From the NCBI RefSeq assembly GCF_006345805.1, contig NC_043015.1, positions 9,300,001 through 9,364,000 of the forward strand: a stretch of 64,000 bases of DNA, given 5' to 3'. The translations under genes were made by a program, and so were the position numbers. This DNA comes from Octopus sinensis. Taxonomy: Eukaryota. Shown here in pieces: positions 24,387 to 38,720 of this stretch (position 1 is the first letter of the stretch; each line of letters begins with the position of its first letter). The notes below the pieces were generated by a model. It was not told the origin of the DNA. It searched no databases and was given only the letters and a program-made list of their open reading frames with translations.

Positions 24387-25438
24387 ATAAAATGCTAACC
24401 CACGAAGAGACACACCCACAGAGAATTTTCAACATATGTAGTAGATATGTGTATATACATACATATATATATATATACATATGTGCGTGTGTGTGTAAAC
24501 GTGCCTATAATTTTCGTGTTGTTCACGGAAATATATCCTATGTTCCATTGAAAATGCTTGTCCAATTATTATTCCATGTTATTATGTACTTGATTGTCAT
24601 AAGGAAAACAACTAACAGAGGGAAGAACATTGAAAAAGGACAAATTGGATATTTAGCGTGACAAATTTGATTTCAAAGCCTTGAAACAACTAAAATATCT
24701 AACGTAAATTAGTAACTACATAGATTAAGCTTCAAGTTAAAATGATATTTGTTCTTCATGGGCCTTGATAGTTATAACAGTTTGGATGCTGGGAAAGTGA
24801 AGTTTATGTTTTTTGCGACACTAATGGAAAATAATACATCATCGATCAGACTAACATGCATTTTATTGCTGTATTTGTTTATCTCTGATCTGCCTTTAGT
24901 GACCGATATAAATACATTATGGTGGTCTTGATCATTAAATAACTTCTTAAGTCATATCATAACTAGAATTGAAATAACTAATTACGTTTTCCAAAAAAGA
25001 TCAAAAGATCCAAGGTGGATTTCATTGTTATTTGTCCGAGGTTTGCCCAAAATGTAGCACCTTCCCTGCTAATTTGTCTGAGATAAATCACTGACAAGAC
25101 AGGCATATATTAATGATGTCGCCAGTATGAACATTTCAGACGTTAAGAAATTGGAACGTCGTTCATATTAACTAGATTTGCCTGCCAGTTACTATAAACT
25201 GAAATTCAATAACCAAAGTGTCGGTACTATCTATAATTGAGATGTATTCTGAATAAATCATTAGTACTTCACTCGTAATTTACTTATGATCCAAGTATTG
25301 CAAATAATGTAGATGTATTCTTTCTATGAAACTTAAAAAATGGTCCCAGAAGATGGTAATGTTAAAATCAGATATCCGAAGTCGTGGTCCTCCATTATTT
25401 TCACCAATGCTAATGCAAAAGACAATCATTTATATGTA

Positions 25439-26262
25439 TCAGGTCATCCCATAAGTAACGACTGAACTCCTATGTTTTCAGTTTGTAAACACTTTAACAT
25501 TGTTTCATAATGTGTGATGATATCAACTTCTATTTATATATATTTAGAGATATTTAAAATAAATTTATTTCATTCTGCAGGATAATCTAACCGAAAATTC
25601 TCTAATTATATCTCTTTAATCATGGAAGTAACTAAGGAACATTTGAGGCCCATAAGGATTTATGTTTTTTTAAAAAGGAACTCTACGGCTGAAACGACCC
25701 GAAATATTCACTCAGCTTATGGAGAAGAGAGCCTGCATGAACGAATTTTCAGAAGATCGTTTGTAAAATTCAGAAGTGGAGAGTTCAGTCCTGAAGATGA
25801 GGCCGCACTGGAAGTGCAAAAGTGTCTGACAGAACTTGAAAAAGATCATGCATTTTCAGTTGAAAAGTTGATAAGAAAGCTTCGTTAAAGGCATACAACA
25901 GCTCACCTCAAACTGCACCACTTAGAAAAGATCAAAAACTCAGCGAATATCTGATTCCTGATTTATATAAGTCAACCGCAAATCTCGAGTGGCCATCTGA
26001 ACTTCTCTTCATTCTCATGAAATCATCTCGCACTCTTGTGACAGACTGATGACTGGCGATGAAAAATCAGCCTCTTATCAAAATGCTAAGCATCGTAAAC
26101 ATTCGTTTCATGAAGAGGAGAAGGTGCAAAAACAATTGAAAATGTAATTCCATGCGAAGAATGTTCTTCTCACTGTTTGGTGAGATTGCAAAGGAGTTAT
26201 GCACTTTGATTACTACCAACTAATGCAACAATCAACGATCAAATCAACTATCAGCAATTAGT
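25439..26262 (+). mobile_element. Mariner transposon, 5' half, pseudogenised
   Basis: TA|tcaggtcatcccataag putative TIR. ORF 25622 reads MEVTKEHLR...KFRSGEFSPEDE (mariner HTH region), then LMTGDEK (first catalytic D) and FHAKNVLLTVW*DCKGV. Truncated before DD34D is complete. Confidence 0.9.
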
Positions 26263-26979
26263 TTTTCAAAGCTGCTTGATAAACATTATATTTTAATGAT
26301 AATAATGGTAAGAGGTATGATGATGTCTTCTTTGATAACAATAATGGCAATGGTGGAGGTGGGACAGTTTGCAGCTGGAGTGGGAAGTTTAGTTGATGAC
26401 AGCCACTCGGGCACATGACATTACATTATTCTAACACTAGCAAAGGAATAAAACCCTAAAATCCAATAGAATTCGAATTAATAACGCGAAAAAAATAAAA
26501 CACGTACAGCTACACATTTTATTCGGCTCACAAATAAACTTCCACGAACAATAATTTAAAACGCATATTCAAGTGCAGAAAGTCACATGAAAGAATAATT
26601 GATTCTCTTTCGGCCTGAGTACTAGACTGGTATTTTAATTTAGTAGTTGTGTACGATGAAAGATGAAATGAACCCAGATGCTTTTATAAATACGGATGTA
26701 AAGAGCCAGAATCAATACAGCAAGGCAATTTGTTCAATACGCGACCCACTCTGTCAGTCGACTAGTCTAAACAACCGAAATAATGACAATAAAGTGACTG
26801 ATAATTTTCGAGGTAAAAATAATATTAAGATTCTAAGGATACTTAAGTGCGAAACTTAAGAATAAATCAATACATTTTAATTAGTTTGAATGATTATGAG
26901 AAAATAAAGGGTAGCCAATTACGGATTAGTAAAGAGCTTCTAAGTGGATGTTGTGTCGGCATATAAAAAAGACGATACT

Positions 26980-27068
<89 letters not shown>

Positions 27069-27198
27069 TTTATATACATATATAAATGTTTATATATATA
27101 TGTATATATATATACATACATATATGTATATGTATATATTTTATACACACACACACACATATATATATATATGCATGCAGATATATGCATATATATAC

Positions 27199-27243
<45 letters not shown>

Positions 27244-27307
27244 AAACATACATACAAACATAGTCACGCATATTTGTTCCTTTATACTTGTGTATTTGTA
27301 TGTATGA

Positions 27308-27339
<32 letters not shown>

Positions 27340-28127
27340 TATGTGTGTATGTTTGTGTGTGCGTGGATGTGTGTGTGTCTGTATGCTTGGATGCTTGGGC
27401 TTGTATGTCTAGAGATTAGTAAACAAAACAATTTGGATGTCTATGAGTATTTTTAATTGAGTCGGTATGTGTGTACAGGCATATTTTAAATGGTTTAAAT
27501 ATAGTCAATTGATTTAGGATATGTTCATCTGTAAGACGTTAATTGGTCGTTCGATATCTCTGCATGACAAAGCGAAATAATGCCAAGTTCAGCACCTTCA
27601 GGCAGGGCCGAAACATGTCCATATAAATAATTAATTTTTCCCTATTTCTGGTGTAGTCTATTTATTGCATGAAGCACCAAATTTTGTCATAAATTGTACA
27701 TTTTATATCCGTTGATATTGCGCTTCAGCAACATCGATGCATATAAAGCGCTTTCGAAACTTGCTCCTCATAACTCATATACTTTAATTACTGTTGCCTC
27801 ATGAAGATATATATTAATACAGTTTTCTCTAGTTTCGATCAGTCCTCTTTTGTACAATGAACGGTATAACAAATACCACATATTCATCCGTAGCTAAAAC
27901 ATTCAACATTTAATATCAGTCTATTTAATTCCAGTTATCTACAAAAAGACATATTGTATTTTACTAGCATTTCGCCTCTTGAATGGTCGTAATATTCTGA
28001 ATCGACGTTAAGTACTTATATATATAACAGCAGCTTAAATTTCGGGAAGAATCAATACAGTACGATATGAAAATTTTCCACATTACAATTACAAAGAAGT
28101 TTCAACGATTAATGATAGAAATATAGG

Positions 28128-28558
28128 ATCTTTTCTGTTTGTACGGCAGTTTCTAACATAATTTCTCGGTAACTAATCAATTTTAAACTTCGTATACTGG
28201 TAGAGTGTGTTTATAAAACATGTTTTTCTCTTGGCTTTATTAAGAACATTCTTTAGTTTGTAAGAAATTTGTTTCTTTTCCTTCAATTTCTGCAATTTCA
28301 ACCAATCACTGACGTCTATTGAGTTAAAAAGCATTCTGTGCTGTATGGATCTGTCCCTCGTTTAAAAAAACAGATTGGGCTCATTTACATTTGTGAAGAC
28401 AAAAGATACCCTTCCCCCACCACCAACCCTAGCACTAACCCTAACTAACCCTAACCCTAAAAGAGATTGAAATGCAATACATCGAATCTAGGTTCATAAT
28501 TATGGGAGACAATTTCATATGACACCGCTAGAAAAACTGCCGTTCAAACAGAAAAGAT
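28128..28558. mobile_element. MITE-like element with ~30-bp imperfect TIRs
   Basis: Left atcttttctgtttgtacggcagtttctaac; right reverse complement atcttttctgtttgaacggcagtttttctagc. Internal short ccctaa repeats. Possible AT TSD. Confidence 0.8.
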
Positions 28559-29009
28559 GCGGGTCGAATCATTCATACTTATGAGGTAGCGTTCAATCTA
28601 CTGAATCGTGAGAAAATGAGGGACAATTTGACATATGCAAGTATTTGAAATCGTTATAGTGGAACGTAACCCACATGAAATTCGATAGAACTTAAGCCAC
28701 ATGAAATTCTATGTTACTATTGACTATATATCTGAAGTGCAATATTGATGAAGTTGGGTATATGTAAAACGAAACGATAGCTGGCATTTTGCTTTTAGAG
28801 CTGCAGATGTTGATCGTAAGAATATAAGGTTTCATTCTTCTCTTTGCATACTGCATATTATAGCGCGCCTTCAGCTTCTGTATTGTAATTTTCAATACAC
28901 GAAAAACAATTTTTTAATAATAACAAAATTCAAGAGAAGAGACTTTTGAAAAATATTTGTATTATTGGATATAGTTCACATATTTGTATTGTTAGATACA
29001 CATCCTATT

Positions 29010-29180
29010 AAAGTGGCGAACTGGCAGAACCGTTAACACTCTGGACAAAGCGATTAGCAGTATTTTGTCCGACTTTACGTTCTGAGTTCAAATTCTACCG
29101 AGGTTGACTTACCTTTCGGCTTCGATAAAATGAGAACCAGTTGAGCACTCGGGTCGATGTCGTTGGCTACTCCAGCCAAA
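29010..29180 (+). mobile_element. Deu/Nin-like SINE, decayed
   Basis: Matches 22533-22700. Confidence 0.7.
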
Positions 29181-29191
29181 AGAATTCTTAT

Positions 29192-29378
29192 AGGCGCAGG
29201 AGTAAATGTATGGTAAGTAGCTTGCTTACTAACCACATGGTTCCGGGTTCAGTCCCACTGCATGGCACCTTGGGCAAGTGTATTCTGCTATAGCCTTCGT
29301 CCGACCAAATCCTTGTGAGTTGATTTGGTAGACGGAAACTGAACGAAGCTCGTCAAATATATGTATGTGTATATATAA

Positions 29379-29444
<66 letters not shown>

Positions 29445-29568
29445 GTGTTTGTTTGTGTGTGTGTGTGTGTGTTTGTGTGTGTTTGCGTGTCTGTGTTTGT
29501 CCCGCCCACTATCGCTTGACAACCGATACTGGTGTGCTTACGTCCCTGTAATTTAGCGGTTCCGCAGA
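29192..29568 (+). mobile_element. SINE family A, 3'-truncated, expanded internal (TA)n
   Basis: Head and body match 6451; the tail is missing. Confidence 0.88.
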
Positions 29569-30068
29569 AGGTCGAAATACAGCAACCACAGGGATAGGCT
29601 GAGAAAACTGCTTCTTTTCTCCCTGAACTGAAGGCGCGACATATATTTAATAATCTAGATACGGAAAACTTTAGAAGTGCTAGTATTTAATTTCTTCATT
29701 GAGTGTTATACGTATCCCAAAACTAGGGGCCTTTGCATTGTACCAATGCTACCATCCACACGCCCCCCGCAAATCTCAAATTTTATTTAATTTGGTGTGC
29801 GTGAACGACTATTTTGATGAAGACGCATCAAGTCCTAAACGTTCGAGATGCGGAGTAGAGAAAACAGGGTACGACTAATGAAGGGATTGTGCTTTTTGTT
29901 GCCTGTCTTCTTTCCCTATTTGTTTCTTTCGTTGTTCGAAGTAAACTGCATTTTCCCTGTTTTTGTTTTTCCTTGATCTCGTTTTTGTCCCCGTTTTCTT
30001 TACAGTCCTGCACCCGAATATGCATGTGTATATACATATATATGTAGGTATGTACATGTATGTATGTA

Positions 30069-30129
<61 letters not shown>

Positions 30130-31350
30130 TATATATACATACATACATACATACATATATACATACATATTTACACACACACATACACACACATATATAT
30201 ATAAAATATTTTTCATTATATCAAACACAAGCAAGTCTTTTCACTCAGTTCTTTTTAAAACGTGCTATTTAATCAAAATTATACTTTCAAATATAATGCA
30301 AATGTACTGAGTAGGTCTTGCGTATTTCCTTCCTTTTAATTTTAACACATATGGTGTGCATTATAACTTAAGGGAATAAAAGATGAATTAAAATGATAAA
30401 ACTCTCCTCTAGTTTAATGATGCGGAGCTGCAACCGATAATTTGCGAGCCGGGGAGCAAACTGCTACAACCTTCTGGCGACAGGAACAGCAGACCAGCCC
30501 AAGAAGCAAAACTTCTAGTGCTAAAATCTCTCTAAGAGATCAATGTAGTAGTTGTATTACTGTAACATTCGTAGCCACTTCAACATGTCGGTCTCTTAAG
30601 ACTGACAGTCAGCGATTATTTAACCCCAAGCGGACATATCCTCTTGCTGGAATATTACTTTCGTTTTTTTTTATATAATATAGTTATTTACTTGTAATAT
30701 CATATATAAGTGGAAAATGTATATATTATTTATTTGGATACCTCATATGTTGCCGTATATCTTTAAAACATCTCAAATATATACTGCCGGCAGCTACAAA
30801 GATATTTTCTCGCTATTATTTGCTGATATTGAATTGTTCCTATAATATAAAAGAACAAAACGCTACACATAATTTAACTATATACGGTTTAGCAAGAGTA
30901 CTTCCACATGTCCTATTCCCATCTGTTGCAATTCTACAATTATTGTTTTATTTTCCCTGCTTCTGTAATCATGACAATCATAGACATAGATTAAATTAAC
31001 CGCTAACTCTGAAGAAATGCATAAGGAAATTAGAGCGGAAAATAGAAATTCTGCGAATTATTTGTCTGATGCTATAACGTTTCTTTCAAACAGACAAAAG
31101 CTTTTGGAATGCGTTTCTTTGGGCTCGGTGCCAAAACTCTTTCTCTTGACAATAAATTCTCTTTCTATTGACAATAAATTTGATAATAGAGGGGATGAAA
31201 TACTATTTTGATATCACTATAGAATAGGACAAAGCACATATTTCCGAATACCAAGCATAGTGGTCAATAATAATATTGACTTAGTAGTTCATGTGTCTTC
31301 CAAACTATTTGTTCAAATGATAGATGTATATATATATATATATTATATAT

Positions 31351-31402
<52 letters not shown>

Positions 31403-31472
31403 ATATATATATACATAAGTAAACGCATATATATGTGTATGCATATATGTATTTACACACATGCAAGTATAT

Positions 31473-31553
<81 letters not shown>

Positions 31554-32318
31554 CATACATACATACACAAATACATACATACATACATACCTATATGAAA
31601 GGAAGAAAAGAAAGAAAGAAAAAACAAAACGAAAAAAGAAAAACCTAATATATAAATAAGGGAAGAGTACCAGTTAGTGGTCAGTGGAGATAATTTGAAA
31701 GTAGGTGTGGGGAGATATATGGTGATAGCGAGAGAAAGGTATTAGAGTGTAAAAAGATAGAAGGAACGGAGGATGTAATAAAAGGTAAAGGAGTCACAAA
31801 TGTGTAGCGATAGAGTCTAAGTGATGGGGCAGAGAGAGTGTTGCTAGTAAAGAATAAAGAATTTAGGTATTTAGATGATTTCGTAGGTCAGTGCTTCGTA
31901 ATATAAGAAAATATATTTGTGAAGATGTATACATATGTATATATTAGACATGTATATATATTTATACATATGTTTATACATATCCAATATCAACACATAC
32001 AACACTTACTCGTATGTATATTCACAATTGCGCTCCCAACCATACGTGCATCTGTATGTATTATCGCCACTGTATACGCAGGTATATATACCTAGCATAC
32101 ATACATTCACACATACACACATGCCTACATAAACGCATACACACATTCTTACATATACAGGCACATATTGATGGATACACATACACACGAATATAATTAG
32201 ATGGTTGTAATATTCGAGTATCTGTGAGGAATTAGATAGGGATTATGAGTTAAAGTGTAGTTTTATAATGTTATTGGGATTACCTAAGGGTTATTGTGGA
32301 AATGTACTGTATGGTCGT

Positions 32319-32700
32319 TTAGGCATTTGGATTTGTGGTAGAATTTGAATGTGGGAAAAAGCGGTGGTTGCATGTGCTTAGTACCTCATTATGTTTATTT
32401 AGCAGTGATCGAGAATTGTGCTTTGATATGTGAAGTACCTCCTTCAGGCAAGGTTTGCAGGTTAAGATATATTCCGAGATATTACAATCCTCCGTACCCA
32501 TTTGCTTTATAGTGGTTAGATGAAGGAGTTGAACACCAGTGCTATCCACTTTCCTATTCTACTGCATTTCCAAAATGGTGCATTTGACAAAGGCGAAGGC
32601 AATTCTGATGTCCCGTGAGAAAATTCCGATAGTTACGTTAAGGATTGCAATTTGTCTTCAGTGGTATCATAGAATTTAATATTATCAATAAAAAGTAAGT
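32319..32700 (-). mobile_element. Penelope-like element, GIY-YIG endonuclease C-terminal relic
   Basis: ORF 32319-32549 contains CKPCLKEVLHISKHNSRSLLNKHNEVLSTCNHR, matching the PLE terminal pattern C..CL.EK..I.....LLNKR.E..S.CRH. Confidence 0.75.
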
Positions 32701-33339
32701 GATCTTCGGCTAGCTTATAACCTGTGTTCTTTTCCCTCAGGTTCAAGGTCAGTGTTCTCCTGACAAACAGAAATGGGCACACAGTATTATCCTGAAATAT
32801 AACACCTCTTAGTCGCTAATTCCCCTGATATTGAAATGGTTCTCCAGCGTCTCATGCTGGAGAACTTATTAGGAAGTGATACGTTGTTAGGCGCAACATT
32901 AATCATATCTATACTCATCAGCATCCATGAACGTGCGCCACGGGATAGTCTAATCAAGCAGTGGATATGTTTGTTATTCGCTTCTTGCAATTCTTCATCA
33001 TTTATTTTCATTATTGTTATTAAGAATTTCTTTCTTATTTCGATTTTGTTTCAGTTTCTTGCCGAACGTCTTCTCGAATCATGTGGCAAAGAAAGTCACT
33101 AAATGCATCAATATGAAATTAAACTAAGCACGTCAGATGTTTCTTCCTCACAATGAAAAGAAGTTATGTGAAAAAAATGTGCGGTGATCGTTGTCACATC
33201 GGCCATACCCTTTTTAATACAAGTATCATACCAGTTAAAACAATATTTTCCGCTGCTTGCAGGTATTGTATGCGAGGGATCATTCACAAAGAATTTGCAG
33301 TTTCTTGTATTCATTCTTAGTGATACTATAACCATATTA

Positions 33340-34000
33340 ATTTAACGCGTTTTTATGTTTTAATGAACTAACCTTTATATTTTCCGAACTTTTCAATTCA
33401 TTTTCACCTGATAATTTGGTCACCAGAAATACTCATGTCGATTAATAAACAAACTGTGTTCTTTGGTCTTTCAAAAAACAATTCTGCACATTTGCTTTCA
33501 TTGTTTGGTCTCTATCAAATTGAACGTCTCAAAAGACGATACATTTTCATCCTAAATTACAACGACAGGGATGTGATTATGCCACTTGTCGGCAATTTGG
33601 AATTTATAATGCCGATATATTAACCACTGTAGATATCGGTAAACAATATGAAGTTTGGATCTACATTCCTCCGATTCTAAAATTTCACATCCAGAGATTA
33701 GGTGACCCACTCTTTTGGATCTACTGCATTTTTCACCATTTTTTCTTAGTAGTTCCAGCCAATGTATTTCGACTTTGAGAAGATAAGATAAAAACTTCGC
33801 TATCTGCCTTTATCCATGATCACCTTAGCTTCTGAGGGGTATGCTTCTGGTCCATATGAACATTTTTATTATGGGTCTTATATCTAGCACGAAGTGGTTT
33901 TTGCCTGATCTATCAACCAACGCTCATAATCATACTTCGCCATGAACTTGCTCTTCTTTGCAACAACAATTGCCTTAACTCAGGTTATCATACACCAGAT
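33340..34000 (-). mobile_element. R4/Dong-type RLE LINE relic
   Basis: KCSRSKRVGHLISGCEILESEEC...YLQWLIYRHYKFQIADKWHNHIP corresponds to the CCHC knuckle and RLE lead-in. Adjacent to (TTA)n at 34020. Confidence 0.75.
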
Positions 34001-34271
34001 CAATAGCAAAATAATTGCTATTATTATTATAATTATTATTATTACAGATAGAACGCTAAAGTGGCAGATCCAAGAGAGCGTCGAAAACATTACTTTGTGT
34101 TACTAGTCCAGGTTATTATACATGCCTTTTTTTTTTCATCCTACCAATGTATCGTTCACAGGAGGAGGACTAACAATATGAGAGCACATATTTCTGTATT
34201 TGGATATTTTTATGTTTGATTACAATTTTGTCAAATTCAATGTTCGTGTGTCTCATTAGAGTAACAGGTGT

Positions 34272-34370
34272 CTTGAGCAGCAGCAACGGCAGCAGCAGCA
34301 ACAGCAGCAGCAGCAGTAGTAGTAGTAGTAGTAGTAGTAGTATAGTAGTAGTAGTAGTAGTAGTAGTAAT
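34272..34370. repeat. (CAG)n(TAG)n compound microsatellite
   Basis: Directly visible. Confidence 0.9.
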
Positions 34371-35224
34371 AAATGAAGAAAAAATATGAACAACAATGTT
34401 ACTTTTGAGATAAATCTATGTGCGTGTGTGTTTTCGTTTGTGTGTTTGTGTGTGTTAAACGTGTAATAAATCTTTTGAAAGTAGAACTTTTTTTAAGCAC
34501 GTCAACGTAGCGTCAAATTTGTATCACATTTTATCTCACCTACTTTTTCAGAGTTAGATTTGTGTCATATTTAACATTATTCTCTGAAAAACAAATACAT
34601 ATGCTTTTAAATTTTGCTGCAAATCCTTTAAGAAGTGTTTTATAGTTTCTAAGAATAGTTTGCTCTGCATTAAATTATACCTGTTTTCATAAACATGAAT
34701 ATGATGTTCGTGTATATTTATATGGGAAGGTGTCTGCACAGATTCATTTATTATATTTGTCTCGCAGCAAGACTTGGATTTTTCGACTGTCTACATTTAT
34801 ATTATTGTATTTCTCAAAAATGTTTATTCGGTACAATAATATATTGTTTTTGCTTTTGGTCTTATATGAGAAATAATGTAAGAGGCGACATCGAGACGTT
34901 AATTTAATTTAAATACGCAAATCGTGTGAAAGATTGAAGGATTGATATTCTTGTTTAAATATAGAAAATCTTGTATTAATGATATATGAATTGCCGTGCT
35001 TATTATTTTTTTTTTGCAAAAGAAGCAAGTAAGTCATGTATAACACTGCAATTATTTCCTAATTAGACGTTTCTCAATATATTTGATAAATTATAGAATA
35101 TCCGCTTCTAAGATTTCCAAACGATGAATTCTATTAATTAGTCTTTCCAGCAATTTCTTCCTCAAGTGAGAAATATTTTTGTCTTCTTTTCATTACTGTC
35201 AGTGTAGATTTATATTTCTTACGT

Positions 35225-35547
35225 GAGGGCGCGTGGCTTAGTGGTTAGGGCATTCGGCTCATGATCGTAAGGTTGTGAGTTCGATTCCCGGCGACGCGTT
35301 GTGTCCTTGAGCAAGACACTTTATTTCACGTTGCTCCAGTCCACTCAGCTGGCAAAAATGAGTTGTACTTGTATTTCAAAGGGTCAGCCTTGTCACTCTC
35401 TGTGTCACGCTGATTATCCCCGAGAACTACGTTAAGGGTACACGTGTCTGTGGAATGCTCAGCCATTTGCACGTTAATTTCACGAGCAAGCTGTTCCGTT
35501 GATCGTATCACCTGGGACCTTCGTCGTCGTAACCGGCGGAGTCTTTT
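35225..35547 (+). mobile_element. tRNA-derived CORE SINE, tail Y
   Basis: A and B boxes, CORE-like gtccttgagcaagacactttatttcacgttgctccag, then tail Y. Confidence 0.92.
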
Positions 35548-35641
35548 GATATTTCTTTCATTCATAAATTTTCTTCAGAAATATTTTATTGTAACACGTG
35601 AATATTCCAATTATTTTAGTGACTTTCTTTTGTAAATGTAT

Positions 35642-35970
35642 AAAAGGAACACTCCGTCGGTTGCGACGACGAGGGCCCCAGCTGATACGATCAGCGGAAA
35701 CAGCTTGCTCGTGAAATGGACGTGTAAGTGGCTGAGCACTCCAAAACACGCGCGCCCTTAACGTAGTTCTCGGGAAGATTCAGTGTAACGCAGTGTTTCA
35801 CAAGGCTGGCCCTTTGAAATACAGGTACTACTCATTTTTGCAACCTAATTGAACTGGAGCAACGTGAAATAAAGTGTCTTTCTCGAGGATAAAACGCGCC
35901 GCCGGGAATTGAATTCACGAACTTGCGATCAATTGCCGAATGCTCTTAACCACTCAGCCACGCGCCTTCA
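35642..35970 (-). mobile_element. tRNA-derived CORE SINE, tail Y, inverted partner of 35225
   Basis: Full-length reverse-complement match, roughly 80% identical by eye. Confidence 0.9.
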
Positions 35971-36054
35971 CTTTGTGAAATGTATGCATAAGTAGCACAT
36001 TTTTCAGAACTACATCATCAGCTTATGCAAACATTTATATTTTCAATAACTGAA

Positions 36055-36250
36055 ATGATAATGGTTTCAAATTTGGCGCAGGGCCAGCAAATTCGCGGAA
36101 GTGTATCAGTTGATTAAATCGATCTTAGTATTCGGTTATCATTTACTGATCCCGAAAGGATGACAGGCAAACTCAGCCTCTCCGGAACGTGGACGTAATG
36201 ACGGACGAAGTGCCGCTAAGTATTTTATGCCATGTGCTAAAAACTCTGCT
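36055..36250 (-). mobile_element. Deu/Nin-like SINE, decayed
   Basis: atcccgaaaggatgacaggcaaactc is the reverse complement of the domain. Confidence 0.6.
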
Positions 36251-36701
36251 AGATGACCGAGTTAGTAAATGAAAGAATAATCACGCGGATTTGCAGTAGG
36301 TCCAAAGACACACACATATCCACATTTATGTAAACAGAAATACAATCAAACCTTCCGGTAAGAAATAATAAGCAAACAAGTCTAAAAATATAGGCACATA
36401 GCATATGATTCATATAACTACACACTTGGTGTTGAATGTAGTTCACTGTATTCGATCATATTCATGAAAATTTTATGGACAAAGATATCCGATATCTAAC
36501 ACTTTCCTTTATAACAATATCCTTAAGGTTTCTGCAATAATTTCCCATGTCAACTGACTTGCAGAGTAAATTGACAACATACCATACTGACAGTACGTCA
36601 TAGGGAGTGTTGTGCTGTTCTTTCTTTGTCCAATATACTGTCCAACGTTCCTTTATTAGTATTATTCTAATCCTGATAATAACATAGCTGAATATATAAA
36701 T

Positions 36702-36722
36702 AGTTTGCAGACTATGATTTAG

Positions 36723-36765
<43 letters not shown>

Positions 36766-36804
36766 ATATATATATACACTTTGCTAAATCATAGTCTGCA
36801 AACT
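36702..36804. repeat. Perfect 24-bp inverted repeat around a (TA)n tract
   Basis: agtttgcagactatgatttagcaa (36702-36725) and ttgctaaatcatagtctgcaaact (36781-36804). Confidence 0.95.
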
Positions 36805-37159
36805 TAATCACACACACTTTTATGGATTATTGATATTGAATGTAATTGAATATGGTATGTTTAATATGTATAATTTGGGTGAAAAAGAAAGAGAAATAGA
36901 ATGCGCGGAATTTTAGTTAACAATTCATAATACTCTTAAGAGAAAATCGCTTTCTTGAAAAAAACTATTCACACTCGAGATGAGAAAAACATGAAACTGC
37001 GCAAATCTTAGAATATTACAAAGAGTTATATACCGGCGATCAGCTGACCTTTCTCTTTTCAATTCTCGAAGATTATATGCTATTTGTATATCACTTTACT
37101 CTGAAATATAATAAGCCCACCAGCACGCATTTTATGTGCCGTGAAGAGCACATTCTTTT

Positions 37160-37300
37160 CTACTCTAGGCACAAGACCCCGAAGTTTTGCAGGAGAGGGC
37201 CAGTCGATTATATCGTTTCCAGTAAGCAACTGGTACTTAATTTATCGACCCCTAAGGGGTGAAAGGCAAAATCAACCTCGTCGGAATTTGAACTCCGTAA
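37160..37300 (-). mobile_element. Deu/Nin-like SINE fragment
   Basis: ggtacttaatttatcgacccctaaggggtgaaaggcaaaatcaacctcg. Confidence 0.7.
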
Positions 37301-37849
37301 AACCACACTGAGTAAGCTGTGAATGGATTTACTTTCAAACGTTATCACGGACTTCCAAATGTAGAAGTATGAAATCATCCAAAGTTACTGAATGTTGTTT
37401 TAATAATTATCTCAGTTTATTCAATGCAGTCGTTCAGTGATGATGGCAATTATAAGAAAGAAAATACTCAATGAAATGTTAATGATTAATAATTTACTGA
37501 AGGAAATTTTAGTAATTATATTTTGAAACACTGAGTGTGTGTACAATGCGTAAATTATTACGAAAATTATCCAAGCCCAATTGCATAGGTCCAAAGTACG
37601 GGTGGAAGTAACACTAATAGAGTGTTCGAGAATTCCTCGATGTATCCATGCGTTTATAGTTTTAAAAAAAATAACAGCATATTGCTTCTCGAAAATAATA
37701 AAACAGATTTTCACTATTTAGTGTCAGTTTCAGAAATCCTGGATCAATTTTTAGCGAAATGTTCATATGATATTGCAAATTCAGAGTTACTCTCTGTTAC
37801 ATATCCGTATATATATATATGTTTGTGCATTTGTATGGAGGTAATATTG

Positions 37850-38600
37850 ACAGCAAGACAGGAAGCAGTTGGATAAGCTCTTGAATCAGTGTATCAAAGA
37901 GAAAAAAATTGTATATCATAAAACATATATTGAAAAAGGTCCAGTATTGAAAGCAATTAAAAATAAGTGCCAAATGTTAGTGTCTACTGATACGCAGGTG
38001 AACCGCTGGCAGATAGTGCTGCGCACTAGTGAAGTAACACAGTATACTACTTTACCTCTAGCTGTTAGAAGTTAATACAACTCCTGAATGGACAACCCGC
38101 CCAATGAGAAATTGAATCAAAGGGATTGAGATGACCGATATGAATGTTTGGTCTCAACTGGATTGAAAAAAAAGCATGGTAGAACATTAGTAGTTTCTAC
38201 TGAGTAGAATGATAAATTATCATACCTATAATATGATGAATGATGCCATGACAGAACACAAAGAGGGGTGTTCGACTGGACCGGATATGTCGCAAGGTGC
38301 ATAAGCAAAGAAATGACTTGAACAGTTGCAGATTGGTATACAACATATAGGAAAATGCCCACTCAGATGAGTTTGAAGATGAAGGGTAGGCATTGCAGTT
38401 ATAAGATATAGAACATTGGAATAAAGAAAGAACTGGAAAAGCATCGTAATCAGAAGTGTATAGCAATATCTGACAGTTTATTCGGTACAGTTTTATAGTG
38501 ACGGTAGCAATAAGATCTGAGGAAATATATGGGACCATAGGACAATCGGCATTATCAAAATTACTAATCAGAATAGCACCAGAGAAAATAAATTTCTTAC
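37850..38600 (+). mobile_element. Very decayed R4/Dong-like LINE relic
   Basis: Scattered fragments only (TEHKE...VARCI...TVADWY...QSAL). Confidence 0.3.
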
Positions 38601-38720
38601 GTGCAGGAAGAGTTTAAGCCCCACCAAGGGTACTCTTGATTACGATAGTCTGTTATATCCTTAAAATAATATTACTCAAATTTAATTCAACGCAATGGTT
38701 TAGGATTCATGTTAGACAAT

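Noticed and set aside
27555-27625. CTGCATGA...GCCGAAACATGTC hammerhead-like string
   Set aside because: Inserted base in the core and no convincing stem I or stem II.
28425-28460. CCCTAA repeats as a telomere or interstitial telomeric array
   Set aside because: Only about three imperfect units, inside a MITE.
29810-29870. TTGATGAAG-gcatc...gatgc hairpin
   Set aside because: No GAAA or cleavage triplet in the right place.
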